From Botryllus schlosseri (taxonomy: Eukaryota), in NCBI GenBank assembly GCA_051294905.1, contig CM119384.1, forward strand, positions 11,718,001 through 11,782,000: 64,000 bases of DNA, in the 5' to 3' direction. The notes below the pieces were generated by a model, which was given only the letters and a program-made list of their open reading frames with translations, was not told the origin of the DNA and made no database searches. Position 1 is the first letter of the stretch, and each line of letters begins with the position of its first letter. Shown piece after piece: positions 61,501-64,000 of the stretch. The position numbers and the translations under genes were made by a program.

Positions 61501-63625
61501 GACTCATATCAGGCCACCCTTACCTCATGGTCATTTATCTTTATATTGCATAGGACCAGTAAAATTGAATTAGTTGGCTTAGGACAAATAGACGTTTAAA
61601 ATTTGTATTACAGGTTCGCATGCAAGATATTAGAGGAGCATCCGACTTGAGCGCACATGTTTCAACTCAGCAAAATGGTGGAATACTGCATCATCCAATT
61701 CCGGGAGACATGCTACGTTTGGCTTACAAAAAACCTCAAGTAAGTAGTACAAATTTGATTCTGTTGGGGTTGTTTCAAGCGGTTCTGTGATAGGTCGAGG
61801 TTTTCGTCAATGGATATCCATCGAAATGCGTTGGATCTTGCCAGTTCGAGACGTCAGAATCAGCCACCCCTGTTATTTCTGGCATATCACCGTCGTCAGG
61901 TAGCTACTTTTTTACAGGTTACTGTATTATTGCAATATTTTATTTAATTGATTTTCTGTCAATCAAAGTATACAATTCGATGTGAATTATGGTATTGGAT
62001 ATTTTGTTAGCATTTAATGACGTGAATTAGGCCTGCATGATTTGCGACCAAAATTACACATTTTGACCACAAACCAGTAACATATGATCTTTGTTCAGTT
62101 CATTTCAGTTTATAATTGTATCATATCAAAACACCAAAAATTGTGATAGTATGAAAAGGAAGGAAGGCCTTGAAACGACTTGGAATGGTCTTTCAATCAA
62201 CTACCCACCTTGACATAGCTAGAATATCTAAATACGAGACATGCAAACCTTGAAGAAACAGCCGTATACATGCTTGACGTCTGTCGTATCGCTGGTGAAA
62301 TACTGTTCTACAGTCGTGATACAGCATTGTAATATCTTGTAATTTGTTGTGAACGTATGGTAATTGGACAACGATGACCCGCATGTGATGTAAATATGTG
62401 CGTTGAATTCTGGAGAGAAGGAGTTTAATTTTGTCATAAGCTTGCTTTTGCACAGCTTGTGTTCAGCACAGTAGTAGCGTACAACATATAAAATTGACTG
62501 GGCTGCATGGAAAAGTTATTTGCTTTGCCAAAACAAGCAATTATGTGTTGTGTCGTTATCTTACGACATATGTTTGAACTGTAGTTGTGCATTTATACAA
62601 ATAGTTTTAAGAGGAAATGATGATTTGTGAAAGTAATTACCAATGATAACTAGATACGGATATTGACTTACATTTTTTTTGTTCAGGGTCTTCTGCTTCC
62701 AGTACAGTTATAACAATTACTGGAACCAACCTCGGAATTGTTGGCTCAACAACTTCGACAGTAACAATTGGAGATAGTGACTGCAGTGTCACAAGCAACA
62801 CGGCTACAAGCATTACTTGCATAGTATGTTACATCTACTTCCATCTTACGTACTCATTGCAATGTACTTGATATTAGCTTCAAGCTGGGTCCCTCGGAAC
62901 ATATGACTTGGTGCTGAATGTTGGTGGAAAAGGCTTCGCAAGAAAAACGTCTGAGTCTACATCTCTTCTGTTTACGATTTCCGGCTCCGTGTCTTCAATA
63001 AATCCAAATTCTGGTTTTAAATCAGGTAAGGAAGAAGAAAAATACGACAATACATTTGACATTCTAGGAATATAGTATAACAAAATTAATATGATAGTTT
63101 AGTTTTGCGTCAGGAGTCCAATTACTCAAAATAGTTCCAGTGCTGATTGAAATTTAATGTTTTTTAAATTCTTTATTGTACCTTCAAACTGAACTTGATC
63201 CTTCCACCATTATAATGGTCCGAGGGCTAATGTTTGTCAAAATATTCACCCTTAATTTGGTTAGCCAGTAAGTAAGTTTGCACATGCCTCTTCTGTACAG
63301 GTGGAACACTCGTAACTATCGGTGGGTACGGATTTTCCTCAAACACAGTCTTCACATTCGATTCATCTCCATGTGAAATCCTTGATGTGGTGGCGACTGA
63401 GGTCAAATGCCGTACACCAAGCTACGGATCATCAACTTCAGTAACCGGTAAATTTTCTGCTTGCCTACTTGTTCGTTTTTCATATAACATACATTTTTAT
63501 AAAAAATGTTTAATCTCTAGTCAGTGCTATGGACGGTGCTATCAACCTCGGCAGCACATCTTTCACCTACACTAATGCTGATGCGGAGGTGGTGTCAATC
63601 AATCCCACAACGTCTACCTTGAACG
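40588..63625 (+). CDS. PKHD1L1: Fibrocystin-L-like protein (IPT/TIG repeats + PA14-like region), first 27 exons (~1241 aa), 3'-partial, continues beyond the window
   Basis: Exons 40588-40738, 40800-40944, 50699-50810, 51990-52171, 52555-52673, 52725-52838, 53917-54120, 54859-55023, 55360-55460, 55523-55604, 55918-56084, 56897-57049, 57362-57488, 57787-57910, 58190-58364, 58976-59098, 59182-59337, 60161-60302, 60365-60507, 60589-60700, 61072-61229, 61614-61739, 61794-61899, 62687-62823, 62878-63025, 63301-63447, 63521-63625; all GT-AG and in phase. Signal peptide, then PKVKSITPHDGSYEGGTRLYIHGEG, CDVENDASH...CYTR, GRIFTQIFGSN, YIGGQTC, DDYGR...FQTYAE, PALANG and PQVEVFVNGYPSKCVGSC, collinear with recalled vertebrate PKHD1L1. 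Ortholog versus paralog cannot be resolved here. Confidence 0.9.
43135..43300 (+). mobile_element. Possible decayed THAP-domain transposon fragment
   Basis: Across frameshifts and stops: CVGC, VSFYK, NLYV, DAVQF, in the order expected for a THAP zinc finger. Confidence 0.25.
44160..44953 (+). mobile_element. Non-autonomous hAT derivative (CAGGGTTGCCAT TIR) with a transposase remnant
   Basis: TIRs cagggttgccat / atggcaaccctg, perfect TSD CCTATAGG. ~44514-44660 gives EFASARTKTTSFVTGGLAPY and ASNHSDVK in different frames, resembling the RTK..LAP..DASNH motifs of Tip100-like hAT transposases (from recall). Confidence 0.8.
45647..47104. mobile_element. Composite hAT-type element, CAGGGCCGYAAC TIR, in PKHD1L1 intron 2
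   Basis: TIRs cagggccgcaac / gttacggccctg, perfect TSD AACGCAGG. Contains an internal second right end (46548-46616) and internal duplications (~46330-46450 vs ~46655-46775; ~46790-46855 vs ~46895-46960). Confidence 0.85.
47207..47495 (+). mobile_element. tRNA-derived SINE, family A (most complete copy)
   Basis: A-box-like TAGCGTAGTGG (47219), B-box-like GTTCGACC (47268), body ending aatatcggcctggtgtaaattaccat, CAA-rich tail. Confidence 0.7.
49341..49728. mobile_element. hAT-type MITE related to the TAGGGTTACCATA family, opposite orientation
   Basis: TIRs tagggttaccata / tatgataacccta; flanks AAAATATT/GAAATGTT (6/8). Confidence 0.75.
59405..59650 (+). mobile_element. tRNA-derived SINE, family B, in PKHD1L1 intron 17
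   Basis: A-box TAGCATAATGG (59413), B-box GGTTCGATTCC (59458), then gtcagaccaaagac...ggtattcatggctttcccgcttggcgctca (resembles a MetaSINE-like core from memory), tail of tatg repeats. Confidence 0.65.
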
Positions 63626-64000
63626 GTGAGATATTTTTAGCCTACGCAGCAATACATATTTCCATATGTTTGCAGCTGAATATTCTACTCCATATTTTAG
63701 CTCCATAACCCCTGTAGTGCTTGTCATTTTGAAATTACAAGACAAGGGAAACTCAAATATCTGATGCTACTAGTAACATTGACTTCTCCAAAGAATATGT
63801 GACATCAAACCTCGATTTATTTCTCTTGTGTTTGATACGGTGTTTCGATACAAGCCCAAGAAATTTACCCATTGACAATCATTGCAACTCTGTCTCAGAA
63901 TATAGTTTGCTTGCCAAACTTTCAATGTCCATTGACAATTCAATGGATTTTAACAATTCTTTTGCAATGCTCCGATTATATGATGCACCAAACATGATGA

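Overview
Animal genomic DNA (AT-rich, spliceosomal introns), not prokaryotic; no CRISPR array, rRNA or intact tRNA seen. An invertebrate deuterostome such as an ascidian is my guess, inferred from vertebrate-like intron positions, ~50-65 nt minimal introns and patchy CpG depletion; this is not proven. Four protein genes can be reconstructed by hand. (1) A minus-strand 8-exon gene (6764->2339) for a 325-aa secreted protein: signal peptide, VWA7/hemicentin-type vWA domain with a Cys-rich RKKR loop, TSP1, ShKT. (2) An intronless ODF2/cenexin (16396-18933). (3) An 11-exon SUCLA2 (20407-29669) with a GC-AG intron. (4) The first 27 exons of a fibrocystin-L/PKHD1L1 gene (40588->window end). Non-coding DNA is dense in non-autonomous hAT-type elements: ten have 8-bp target-site duplications, together about 8.3 kb or ~13% of the window, and they include a nested stack in SUCLA2 intron 2. 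Two tRNA-derived SINE families, a LINE 3' remnant and a 72-bp-arm palindrome are also present. Most short ORFs in the supplied track are exon fragments or noise. All coordinates and counts were made by eye and need computational confirmation.
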